A stretch of DNA of 55,205 bases from a virus (IMGVR_UViG_3300003660_000066:1-55205), one strand, 5' to 3'; counted from the first letter of the stretch, positions 36,331-44,592 are shown. Notes: generated by a model from the sequence alone, not told the origin. Numbers and translations: made by a program.

Positions 36331-36893
36331 TATGGCGACCGCCTCATCTTCGCGTAAATGTCGTAAATTACCCGCATCTCTTCTATCGGAAAGTCCAAGA
36401 TCACATCGATTTGCGCTCTGCCGATCGTCTGTCGCTTCGCAAAATACTGGGAGATGATGATGTGGACGGCGGCGTGATGTGTTGGGCATAGCCAGACATG
36501 ATCGTGCAGCGCCTCGCGAATGCCGATGTCGTATTGAACCCCAAGCGGCGTTAGATGATGCGCTTGAGCGACTGAGGCATATTTCCCGCAGACCGCGCAG
36601 GGGGCGCGCTGTGACGGCGTGAAGTCGCGCCTAGCAGCCGCGATCCACTCCTCTTTGGCGCATTGAGACGGAATCTCCCCCCGCGCCTCCATTTCATTGA
36701 GAAATTCCCCGGCCTTCCGCTCGGCGCGCATGCGCAGCTCGATTGCGTCTGCGAGGAGCGCGCTGTCCTTTGCGGACCGCGCTAGGCGCTCAATCGCCGC
36801 GGCTTCGTCAATGACCGCTTTTGCATCGAAAACGTTTTTCGCCTCGACGAGCGCCTGCCGCGCAGCCTCATATTTGATCAGCTGCGCCGTCAA
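36330..36893 (-). CDS. HNH nuclease fused to the same N-terminal domain as the MTase
   Basis: TTG start; CAVCG...AHH...VWLCPTHHAAVH. Confidence 0.7.
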   Translation of the reverse strand: MTAQLIKYEAARQALVEAKNVFDAKAVIDEAAAIERLARSAKDSALLADAIELRMRAERKAGEFLNEMEARGEIPSQCAKEEWIAAARRDFTPSQRAPCAVCGKYASVAQAHHLTPLGVQYDIGIREALHDHVWLCPTHHAAVHIIISQYFAKRQTIGRAQIDVILDFPIEEMRVIYDIYAKMRRSP

Positions 36894-37486
36894 ATCTGGA
36901 CGCCCTTCCTGCACGCGTAGCCAAGCAGGTTCGTCACCGAATTCGGATTGATCTCCATTTCAGCGGCGACGATCTTCCTGTCGCCATGCTTGCGCATGAG
37001 CAGCACCGCGCGACGCTCGCTGGCGTTGAGCCGCGCGAATGCGGCTGCGTCGTCAGAAACGGTCGATGGCGGCAATTCCCGTTTCGCGACGGCCTCTCCT
37101 TTCTGCGCGAAAGCAGGCTCAGATCCACGCGCGTCATGCCCGCGCTCGTCGCGGGCATCCACGCCGGAACGCTCCAGAGCGCTTTCGTGGATGGCCGGAT
37201 CAAGTCCGGCCATGACGCGGGGAGAAGCCGCTGCCGCGCGCTGTGTCACATATGGCCTGGAAGACCGAGCGATCATTTCGGCGACGTCGACGGAATGATT
37301 CTTTGGCGGTTGCGGCATATCGACGGGCGCCGTCGGCGGCGCCGCGTTCTCCTCAATCGCATCAGGATTCAGCGCAAAGAAAATGCCCCAGAGACGCTCG
37401 CAAAAGGCGTCGATCTCCGCTTCGCTCGTAAAGCGCCCCGCGACTTCGATCGCCTCGCCTTCGACGGTAATGCGCGATGCGCTCAT
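36890..37486 (-). CDS. Hypothetical protein with a C-terminal HTH and an in-frame REP doublet
   Basis: LNASERRAV...IVAAEMEINPNSV sigma-r4-like end; start may be GTG 37552. Confidence 0.65.
   Translation of the reverse strand: MSASRITVEGEAIEVAGRFTSEAEIDAFCERLWGIFFALNPDAIEENAAPPTAPVDMPQPPKNHSVDVAEMIARSSRPYVTQRAAAASPRVMAGLDPAIHESALERSGVDARDERGHDARGSEPAFAQKGEAVAKRELPPSTVSDDAAAFARLNASERRAVLLMRKHGDRKIVAAEMEINPNSVTNLLGYACRKGVQI
37132..37217. repeat. Inverted REP/RPE doublet inside a CDS
   Basis: CGTCATGCCCGCGCTCGTCGCGGGCATCCACG...CGTGGATGGCCGGATCAAGTCCGGCCATGACG. Confidence 0.8.
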
Positions 37487-37548
37487 TTCACCGATCCCCT
37501 GTTTCACGTGAAGCGAAGCTGAGCGGTAAACGCGCAGCCGCTCCAATC

Positions 37549-38520
37549 TCACGCTTCCGCCGCAAGCCCGCGCGCCGCGCGCCATTTCCGGCGCATCTCG
37601 GCGCGGTCCGCCGGCGAGTCGTAGGCGACCGCGGCGCAATGCGGGCAATAAGGCTTGCCCGCCTCAACCGGCGCGCCGCAGAAGCCGAAGGATTCGCCAC
37701 GCGGATCGCCGAGTGGCCATTTGCAATCCCCTTCGCGCAGCTCGAGCAGCGTCAGTCGACGCGGCTCCCATTCGACGAGCGCGACAGGCTCGACGATTTC
37801 CACCTCGCATTGCGCCTTCGGCGCGCAGCCGTTGGTCTGTGGCGCGCCCTGACGAGCGCGTGCGGAAGCTCGCGGCTTCCGCGCCGCTGCGGCGCGCGGC
37901 GAGTCGCGCCTCGGTCGCCCTGTCGGCGCCGTGAAGGACAGGCCAAGCCTGCGCGCCATGCCGATCACGGCGTTTCTGGTGAAGAGCCGCCCGAATTTCT
38001 CCGAGAGCGCGACAGCAGTCGCGGCGCCGGATAGCTTCTGGACGACGGCGGCCTCGCGCAATGCGGCGAGGTGTTCGTCATCCCATGCACGCTTTTTCTT
38101 GACGATGTCGCGCAGGCCTGTCGCTGCCGCGATGACGTCTCCGGCCCGCCAGCCGCGCCGGAACGCGACCTGCTGAACCATGTTGCGATTGAACGGCCGA
38201 CCGAACGCGGCGGAAAGCTGCGCAGCCGCGGCGGCCGGGCCCATGCCCTTGACGACGACCGCGTCATAGAGCGCCGCAAGCGCCTCGTCAGTCCAGATCT
38301 TGTCCGGCTGTTCGAGCAACCCGCGCTGGCGCAGCTTCGCAAGCACGCAGGCGACATAGTAATAATTCGAGCCCGTCTGTTCGGAGATCTGCTTTTGCGA
38401 GACGCCTTCCTTGGCGAGGCGCAGGATCGTGGCCGTCTGCGTTCCCTCTCTCGGGACGATGGGCGCGCCATCTCCTTCGCCGCGAGCCCCAATGACGGAT
38501 AAATCGCAACTCATGCTCAT
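37549..38520 (-). CDS. gcrA: GcrA-family regulator with a duplicated N-domain
   Basis: WTDEALAAL...FNRNMV and WDDEHLAAL...TRNAVIGMARRLGL; C-terminal LLELREGDCKWPLGDP...FCG...PYCPHC. Confidence 0.85.
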   Translation of the reverse strand: MSMSCDLSVIGARGEGDGAPIVPREGTQTATILRLAKEGVSQKQISEQTGSNYYYVACVLAKLRQRGLLEQPDKIWTDEALAALYDAVVVKGMGPAAAAAQLSAAFGRPFNRNMVQQVAFRRGWRAGDVIAAATGLRDIVKKKRAWDDEHLAALREAAVVQKLSGAATAVALSEKFGRLFTRNAVIGMARRLGLSFTAPTGRPRRDSPRAAAARKPRASARARQGAPQTNGCAPKAQCEVEIVEPVALVEWEPRRLTLLELREGDCKWPLGDPRGESFGFCGAPVEAGKPYCPHCAAVAYDSPADRAEMRRKWRAARGLAAEA

Positions 38521-38843
38521 CGACTATCCTCACGCTGTTCGTCGCTCGCCAGAAGATCCAGCGCCGCGCCGATGACGCCGGCCGGCGCGCCGTCGCTGCC
38601 GCGCGTCACCGCCTGACGAATGGTTTCCGCGGGCACCCCGAATTGCAGCGCGAGCGACAGGCAGAGCGCCGCGTCGCGGGCGTCGTCGGCGGAGTCGGTC
38701 GAGGCCTTTTCGGCGTCGATAAAGACTTCGGCGAGCGCGCCGTCCTCGAAGCGGCCGACGGTCAGTCGATAGTCGCGCCCGCGAAACGCCATCTCGCGCG
38801 TTTCATTGGCGCGGCGCTGGGGGAGACGGCGGCGGGCAGTCAT
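38517..38843 (-). CDS. Stand-alone ribonucleotide-reductase C-terminal (TSCPD-like) domain
   Basis: RRRLPQRR, EVFID, SLALQFGVP motifs. Confidence 0.75.
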   Translation of the reverse strand: MTARRRLPQRRANETREMAFRGRDYRLTVGRFEDGALAEVFIDAEKASTDSADDARDAALCLSLALQFGVPAETIRQAVTRGSDGAPAGVIGAALDLLASDEQREDSR

Positions 38844-38920
38844 GCCGACGCTCCGGCGGCGCACCCAAGCGCGTAGTCTCCAGGGCGCCCGATGAGGATT
38901 TCCAAGGTCACGCGGAGCAT
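38840..38920 (-). pseudogene. 26-aa remnant paralogous to 34979-35314
   Basis: MLRVTLEIL...DYA; first 17 bp identical to the other gene; coupled at both ends. Confidence 0.5.
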
Positions 38921-39855
38921 CAGCGCAGCCTCACGACATTGCCGGGCGCTTCGCCGGTGACGGCCGTCTGTGGCGCGGCGTCGATCTCATCGGCGCGCGG
39001 AATCGGCCATGGCAAAGCACGCACGGCGGAATCTTTCTCGCCGAGCGACCAGAGCCGCGGCTTCCCGACGTCTGGATGCGGATGAATAGTTGCGAGCGCG
39101 CGCGCGATCGTGGCGTCGCGAGCCATGTCGTAACCGAGCTTGGGACCAAGCACGAATTGCCTCTTCAAGCCTTCGCATAGCTTACGGATAAGCGCCGGCG
39201 ATGCGGTCTCAAGAGACTCGCCGAGCGCGCGCAGTGCGTCGGGCGGCAGGCCGAATGGCGCAAGATAGCGCGCCGTGATCAGTTCTCGCTCGCGTTGCCC
39301 AGGCAACTCGAGCGTGAGATGGATGTCGAACCGCCGCCAGATTGCCTGGTCGATATGTGCGCCGTAATTCGTCGCGGCGATGATGAAGCCCTTGTGCTGT
39401 TCGATGCGCTGTAGAAGCGTGTTGACTTCTTCGTTACGGGAATCGTCGGCAGCCTGCTCGCTGCGGCGGCGCTGGCGCGAAAGAGCGTCGAACTCATCGA
39501 TGAAGAGAACGATTGGATCGTCTTCATCCGAGGCAAGATCGAATAATTCACCGATCCTCTGGCCCGTCTCGCCGACATATTTCGAGATCATGCGCTCCGG
39601 CCGCACCGCGAGCATGGGCAGACCAAGTCGCGCGGCGAGGTGATGCGCCAACGTCGTCTTGCCGACGCCTGGCTTGCCGTCGAACATAGCGCGCTTTCGC
39701 GCCGAAATGCCGACCTCAGCGAGATCGGCTTCCGCCCAGATCTCCTCGAGCCATTCCTGCAGCGCATCGCGCATGCCGCGCGCAAGTATCGGCTCTTGCG
39801 CTTCCTGCGGCTCGAACACGTCGCCAAAGCGCGAAATGTCGTAACTGCGCGCCAT
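38920..39855 (-). CDS. AAA+ ATPase
   Basis: GKPGVGKT, LFIDEFD, AATN, DQAIWRRFD. Confidence 0.92.
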   Translation of the reverse strand: MARSYDISRFGDVFEPQEAQEPILARGMRDALQEWLEEIWAEADLAEVGISARKRAMFDGKPGVGKTTLAHHLAARLGLPMLAVRPERMISKYVGETGQRIGELFDLASDEDDPIVLFIDEFDALSRQRRRSEQAADDSRNEEVNTLLQRIEQHKGFIIAATNYGAHIDQAIWRRFDIHLTLELPGQRERELITARYLAPFGLPPDALRALGESLETASPALIRKLCEGLKRQFVLGPKLGYDMARDATIARALATIHPHPDVGKPRLWSLGEKDSAVRALPWPIPRADEIDAAPQTAVTGEAPGNVVRLR

Positions 39856-40529
39856 TATTCAGGCCCAAATCCGCCGTTTCCAGACCCGACACGCCAGCCC
39901 TTATCCCACCGCCGGCGACGATCGTCTCCGAAGGGAAACGGGTTTTTGATGATCGGCACATTGTCGCGCGCGGCCTGCGCGCCGAGAGATTCGGCTTCGT
40001 CCGGCGAGACGTTCGGGACATCCTGCGTCGCGCGGTTACGGCGGCCAGATGCCGCGACGCCAGAAGTTGGCGCTGGACGTTCGACAACCTCTTGCGACGT
40101 CACCGCTCCGTCTTTGTCGCGCGTTAGCCGCACCGGAGCGCCGCCGGCTTCGATGACGATCGAACCGTTTTCTGGAACGAAATTCTTGAGCGCTTCGATG
40201 ACGGACTCTCTGGCGGCGATGTCGACGCCGATGCGGTTGGCCGCGCGGAACAATGGCGGCTCCGTCACCATGCCGAGCGCGGAGAGATACATGTCGGCAA
40301 GCGCTTGCGCTTCATGATAGTCGGCGGGTTTCCTTGTCCTCACCTTGATGCAGTGACGAAGAATCTTCGTGTCAAATCCAGCGGCCTTGGCTTCCACCAT
40401 CACCAGTTTTTGATCTTCGGAAATCTCTTTCTTTTCGACTTCGAGCCGCTCATAGCGCTCGACATAGGATCTGATCTGCTCACCACTGACTGAGTTTTTT
40501 CCCGTCACGGTTGGATTCGTGTCGCTCAT
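39855..40529 (-). CDS. gapR: GapR/DUF2312-family DNA-binding protein with a C-terminal extension
   Basis: QIRSYVERYERLEVEKK...EAKAAGFDTKILR...YLSALGM. Confidence 0.82.
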   Translation of the reverse strand: MSDTNPTVTGKNSVSGEQIRSYVERYERLEVEKKEISEDQKLVMVEAKAAGFDTKILRHCIKVRTRKPADYHEAQALADMYLSALGMVTEPPLFRAANRIGVDIAARESVIEALKNFVPENGSIVIEAGGAPVRLTRDKDGAVTSQEVVERPAPTSGVAASGRRNRATQDVPNVSPDEAESLGAQAARDNVPIIKNPFPFGDDRRRRWDKGWRVGSGNGGFGPE

Positions 40530-40571
40530 GTCTGCCGAACCTCTCATGTCATTCCGCCCCATGTTCGTTGC

Positions 40572-40913
40572 TCATGCGCCCGCCCTCAACGGTATGCGCC
40601 AGTGCTCCAGCGCGACGCGCAGATCGTCGAGCGAGCGGGCGACGCAATAGAGAGTGCCGTGCGCGGCGCACCAGCACAGCCATGCTTCCTGTTCTTCGGA
40701 GAGCGCGCAGCCTTCCGCCAGGGGTTCGATGAAGTAGATCCGCCCGGCGCCGACGATCGCGAGACGCGGCGCGCCGGCGCGCAAGCCGGGGATCGGCGGA
40801 AGATGCGCGCAGTTCGGAATCGCGAGGCTGCGATAGGCCCTCGGCAGAACGGCGTCGAGATGCGCGACGATGGCGCGCGCAAGATCATCCTTACTTGCCG
40901 TCGTCGCGCCCAT
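40572..40913 (-). CDS. Degenerate VRR-NUC-like protein
   Basis: AIPN, GLRAGAPRL, YFIE, LSEEQEAW, ARSLDDL; the PD and K catalytic residues appear lost. Confidence 0.6.
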   Translation of the reverse strand: MGATTASKDDLARAIVAHLDAVLPRAYRSLAIPNCAHLPPIPGLRAGAPRLAIVGAGRIYFIEPLAEGCALSEEQEAWLCWCAAHGTLYCVARSLDDLRVALEHWRIPLRAGA

Positions 40914-40966
40914 TCGCCGCCCTCTTCGCGTCTTCGAGCACAGCCCGCGCCCGGTCTCGTAATGCG

Positions 40967-41566
40967 TCAGTCTTCCGCGCCATCCACAGCATCAGCCGCG
41001 CGGCCAACAGTGCTTTTGTCGCGATGGCACGAGGCGTATCGCTCGATTGCTGCATTGGTTGCGGCTGTGATGGATTTTGGCGGCCTGTATCTAAGCGACC
41101 AGATGATGCCGTCACTAACCCCGATTTCTGATGCGACTAGCGAAATCGCTTTGCGATAGTCGCGCCCACATTTCGGTAGAGCCAACTCAACTGCGCTAGC
41201 GACGACATCCACTGCATTTTCAACAAATGCTTGGTCCTCGATCGTCGCTATCTTATTGCGTGGTTTTGGCGAATTGCATGCCATGACGCCAGCGACGCCC
41301 ATGATTCCGCGCTTTGCGATCAAATCGGCGATGGCGCTACGCAATAGAGCATCATCATCAAACCACTCACCGCCGATACGGAAAGCTTCGAACTCTCGGT
41401 GTATAGCTCTCTCTATTTTGAATGATCCGGGTATAATCCCGATAACGTCTATTGTAGATCCTGCTCGCTGAGCGCGGATGGTGGAAAGACGTTCTTCTAG
41501 GTTTCGCGTTGACCCAATCTTTATGAGCCCGTCGCACGTGATGAAATAGACCACACTAGCCATCAT
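40967..41566 (-). CDS. T5orf172/GIY-YIG-domain protein with an HTH-like C-terminus
   Basis: VYFI...IKIGST...ERAIHREF...GEWF; lower GC. Confidence 0.8.
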   Translation of the reverse strand: MMASVVYFITCDGLIKIGSTRNLEERLSTIRAQRAGSTIDVIGIIPGSFKIERAIHREFEAFRIGGEWFDDDALLRSAIADLIAKRGIMGVAGVMACNSPKPRNKIATIEDQAFVENAVDVVASAVELALPKCGRDYRKAISLVASEIGVSDGIIWSLRYRPPKSITAATNAAIERYASCHRDKSTVGRAADAVDGAED

Positions 41567-41937
41567 ACTTTTGCCACCTCACGAAGCGCCGCAAGATCCT
41601 CCTCAATCTCCGCAACTTCGTCGCAGCGAGCATCCAAGCCAATTTGTAGAGCCATATGGCGCTCGTTTTCGAGCCTTCGGATTTCATCCCCTACCTCGCG
41701 CAGGAATGCCGAGCGGATTCTTTCAAAGACCGTCGTGCTGATGCCTTTGCGTCGACGCCGCTCAATGTTTTCCAGCGTCCCAGGAACAACGCCGATTTCC
41801 TCTGCGACAGCGCGCCGGACCTCAGGCTTGTTCGCGCCAGAGCGTTTTTGCTCACGCTCTTGAAGCTTTATGACCCAACTGCGGGCCTTCTCTTCAATCG
41901 CCAACGCGGACATTTTATCCCTCTCATTGGACGCCAT
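41563..41937 (-). CDS. HTH protein (CII position)
   Basis: VAEEIGVVPGTLENIERRR. Confidence 0.7.
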   Translation of the reverse strand: MASNERDKMSALAIEEKARSWVIKLQEREQKRSGANKPEVRRAVAEEIGVVPGTLENIERRRRKGISTTVFERIRSAFLREVGDEIRRLENERHMALQIGLDARCDEVAEIEEDLAALREVAKV

Positions 41938-42224
41938 CGCCGTTCCCCATGTGCTTCATTGCTCACATGAGAGAGACGCCACACACTCACTCGGATGATT
42001 GGACGCTGATCGGCCTGCCAGCCGCGCGCGTCCTGGAACAACTGCTCAACACTACGAACAAGGAACGCGGGGCGGCGAAAGGTTTCGCGTCCGCCGCCCC
42101 AACCAGGTCCGCCTACAAACGACGCGCCGGGATTGCTTCGGCTCGCTCCCGCCGGCGAGGCAAAACGCGCCAACCATGGGAACTAGCCAAGGAGCAGGCG
42201 CGCCCGAACTGAATTCATCGCCCC

Positions 42225-42316
42225 AAAAAACGCCGGAGGCCGAAGCCCCCAGCAGTTAAGGGAGGAAACGCCCAAGGAGGGCTCAACGAAGCGCTGCGGC
42301 TCTCAACGCAACGCCA
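42225..42316 (-). ncRNA. MmgR/alpha-r8 (suhB motif)-like small RNA
   Basis: Hairpin 1, GCCC-TCCTT-GGGC hairpin, TTTCCTCCCT core, then terminator hairpin and T6; 5' end approximate. Confidence 0.7.
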
Positions 42317-42383
42317 CGACCGCACATTCCCTGCGGCTCGGGACTCAGCGGCGCAATGGGAAACCGCCGCGAAGCACGCCTCA

Positions 42384-42524
42384 CTAAGGTCCGAGCGCGA
42401 GGCTGAGCGCCTCATCGATCGCGAGCTTAATGAAATAGAAGAACAGGCCAACGGCGAGTCCGACGCCGCCGATGACGAGAAGCGAGGCTGTCGTGCCGAG
42501 ACGGATGTCGTCAGGATCTTTCAT
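42384..42524 (-). CDS. 46-aa single-TM microprotein
   Basis: MKDPDDIRLGTTASLLVIGGVGLAVGLFFYFIKLAIDEALSLALGP; ATGA overlap. Confidence 0.6.
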   Translation of the reverse strand: MKDPDDIRLGTTASLLVIGGVGLAVGLFFYFIKLAIDEALSLALGP

Positions 42525-42667
42525 TTGCGCGCGCTCCGCCGCTCAATCGCATCCAGCGCGAGGATGGCGAGAAAACAGGCGTTCGCCACGTCATATCTGT
42601 CGACGAACGCGCTGAGCGCCGACAGGCCCAGGAGAAGCACGACGAGTATGGAGCCGATCGCGCGCAT
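42521..42667 (-). CDS. 48-aa two-TM microprotein
   Basis: MRAIGSILVVLLLGLSALSAFVDRYDVANACFLAILALDAIERRSARK; TGATG overlap. Confidence 0.6.
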   Translation of the reverse strand: MRAIGSILVVLLLGLSALSAFVDRYDVANACFLAILALDAIERRSARK

Positions 42668-42756
42668 CACCACGCCCCCATGATTTTCGCATAACCCGAC
42701 AAAGCGATGCCGGAGATGAACGCGCATGCGAGGTAGAAATCGGCGAGATGTGTCAT
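42667..42756 (-). CDS. 29-aa single-TM microprotein
   Basis: MTHLADFYLACAFISGIALSGYAKIMGAW; ATGA overlap. Confidence 0.55.
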   Translation of the reverse strand: MTHLADFYLACAFISGIALSGYAKIMGAW

Positions 42757-42971
42757 GACGCGCCCCCATCCTCGCGAATGACGATCCGCTTCGAGCGCCC
42801 GTCGCGCACCATGCCGATGGCTTCGATCAGCATCCCGGCGTCGGTCGCCGGCAGGCCGATCGTCTCGATCCGCGCCTTGTCGTCGCGCGAGCGGAAGGAA
42901 ATCTCGATCTCTCCTTCGTCGCCCATGGCGACAGTCAAGACCTCGGCCCGATGCAGGATGTGCGTCGTCAC
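42753..42971 (-). CDS. Hypothetical protein
   Basis: GTG start overlapping the cro stop; GGAGG RBS. Confidence 0.6.
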   Translation of the reverse strand: MTTHILHRAEVLTVAMGDEGEIEISFRSRDDKARIETIGLPATDAGMLIEAIGMVRDGRSKRIVIREDGGAS

Positions 42972-43255
42972 TGCGCCGCCTCCGTGAAAGGGGACGGAGC
43001 GGATTCTTCCGGCGTCGGCGCGGAAGCGGTCGGACGCGTGACGTCCTCCGGCCATTCAGCGCCTTCAGGCCAATTGTTCGAAAGCCAGTCCATCGCTTTC
43101 GCGATTCGACGCACGCCGATGTCCGTCGTTCCGCTGCGCAACTGCCGGACGCGCGAACCGGCCCCGAAGAGAGCCGTCGATAAGGTCGCCTCCGACTTAT
43201 TTGTCGCTGCGCAGTATCGTTCGATGACCGCGAACAGGGCTTCGATTTGATCCAT
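42968..43255 (-). CDS. cro: Cro-like repressor
   Basis: SEATLSTALFG...WLSNNWPEGAEWP; divergent from cI. Confidence 0.75.
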   Translation of the reverse strand: MDQIEALFAVIERYCAATNKSEATLSTALFGAGSRVRQLRSGTTDIGVRRIAKAMDWLSNNWPEGAEWPEDVTRPTASAPTPEESAPSPFTEAAQ

Positions 43256-43262
43256 GCGCGAC

Positions 43263-43338
43263 AGTATGCGGGACATATCCCGCGTTTGTCAAGGACATGT
43301 CCCGATCTGTTTTGCGCACCATGCGGGATATATTCCGC
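43263..43338. promoter_or_regulatory. OR-like region: three operators and divergent promoters
   Basis: GCGGGACATATCCCGC (43268), CAAGGACATGTCCCGA (43290), GCGGGATATATTCCGC (43323); minus-strand TTGACA-N18-CATACT. Confidence 0.8.
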
Positions 43339-43340
43339 CA

Positions 43341-44012
43341 ATGCATGAGGATATTCGCGCGCGCATCAACCAACGTCTTGCAGCGCTTAAGAAATCTGAG
43401 AGGAATGCCGCGCGGGAAGCCGGTCTCGGAGAGTCGGCTATTCGCGACATCGGCAGACTTAAGCGGGGGAAGCCGGTGTCGCCGACGATCGCGACGATCG
43501 TCAAAATCGCCGACGCTCTTGAAAGCCGGCCTGCTTGGATCGCTTTCGGCGAGGGCGGCGAAGAGCGCAGCCGTCTGCACCCGGGCTTATCCATCGTGGG
43601 AGAGGTGGCGGCCGGGGTCTGGCGACAAGCAGACGCTGACGCCGTGGAAGATCAGGCCACGCTCGCGATTCCAGACCCGCGCTTTCCGAGCGACAGCCAG
43701 TATCTTTTGCGGGCGGTCGGCACATCCATGAATCGCGTCATCGAGCCCGGTGCGATCATCCACTGCGTGGACATCTTCAAATCCGGCCTGTCCATCCGTC
43801 CAGGCGACATTGTCGTTGTCGAGCGCCGGAGGATATCCGGCGAGCGTGAGGTTTCGGCCAAGCGCTTTTTCAAGGACAAGCGCGGCCCGGTTTTCAGAGC
43901 CGACTCTACTGATCCGGCTTGGGCTGGATATGAACTTTCCACGAAACTCAATGAAGGCGATGAAATCGTCGCTACGGCGCTGGTGCTGAGAGTTTTGAAG
44001 GAACTGTCCTAA
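43341..44012 (+). CDS. cI: CI-like repressor (HTH + S24 peptidase)
   Basis: HTH, VGEVAAG cleavage site, GTSMN and SAKR catalytic motifs. Confidence 0.92.
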   Translation: MHEDIRARINQRLAALKKSERNAAREAGLGESAIRDIGRLKRGKPVSPTIATIVKIADALESRPAWIAFGEGGEERSRLHPGLSIVGEVAAGVWRQADADAVEDQATLAIPDPRFPSDSQYLLRAVGTSMNRVIEPGAIIHCVDIFKSGLSIRPGDIVVVERRRISGEREVSAKRFFKDKRGPVFRADSTDPAWAGYELSTKLNEGDEIVATALVLRVLKELS

Positions 44013-44029
44013 CGCTGCGGAGCCCGCTC

Positions 44030-44518
44030 ATGCGTGGATTCTTCGGGAGGTTGTTCGGACGCGAAAGGGAGCCGCTAGGCGCTGAGGCACCGAGAGACGT
44101 CCCGCCTGATCGTCCCGCGGCGACGGAGACAACTCAGGCGCCTGAGCTTCAGACAGTTGTGCGGTCCGAAGCGCCTCGACAAATGCCCAATCTCTTGAGA
44201 GGCCGCACGCCGGCGCCTGAGCCTCCTAGAACCATGCCGAACCTGGTTGCCGGCAGTAAGGAATACAGCACGGTCGGCTTGGTTTACCGGGACGCCGAGG
44301 GAGATCGAACAGAGCGCATTGTCACCATCACTGCGATCGTGCGCGACGGCGCGCGGCGCGACATCTTCGGCTACTGCCACCTTCGTCGCCGCTTCCGCCA
44401 ATTCAGGGCAGACCGCATTGAAGGTTTTTTCGACCCCGAGACCGGTGAAACATTCGACACTGCTCATTTGAAAGTTCACGACGGACCAGTGCCAGCTTTC
44501 CCACAACTAAGACGCTGA
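44030..44518 (+). CDS. WYL-domain protein
   Basis: LVYRDAEGDRTERIV...GYCHLRRRFRQFRADRI. Confidence 0.8.
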   Translation: MRGFFGRLFGREREPLGAEAPRDVPPDRPAATETTQAPELQTVVRSEAPRQMPNLLRGRTPAPEPPRTMPNLVAGSKEYSTVGLVYRDAEGDRTERIVTITAIVRDGARRDIFGYCHLRRRFRQFRADRIEGFFDPETGETFDTAHLKVHDGPVPAFPQLRR

Positions 44519-44540
44519 AACTGAGGGCAAAGTTCCAGGC

Positions 44541-44592
44541 GCGGGAAATATCCCTCTTTTCCATTGACGCGGGACATTTCCCGCAGTAGTCT
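44541..44592 (+). promoter_or_regulatory. OL-like operators and early promoter
   Basis: GCGGGAAATATCCCTC (44541), GCGGGACATTTCCCGC (44569); TTGACG-N17-TAGTCT. Confidence 0.8.

Noticed and set aside
771-40317. Long plus-strand ORFs such as 10678-12438, 17594-19261, 20538-22220 and 28840-31035
   Set aside because: Antisense shadows of well-supported minus-strand genes in high-GC DNA; no motifs.
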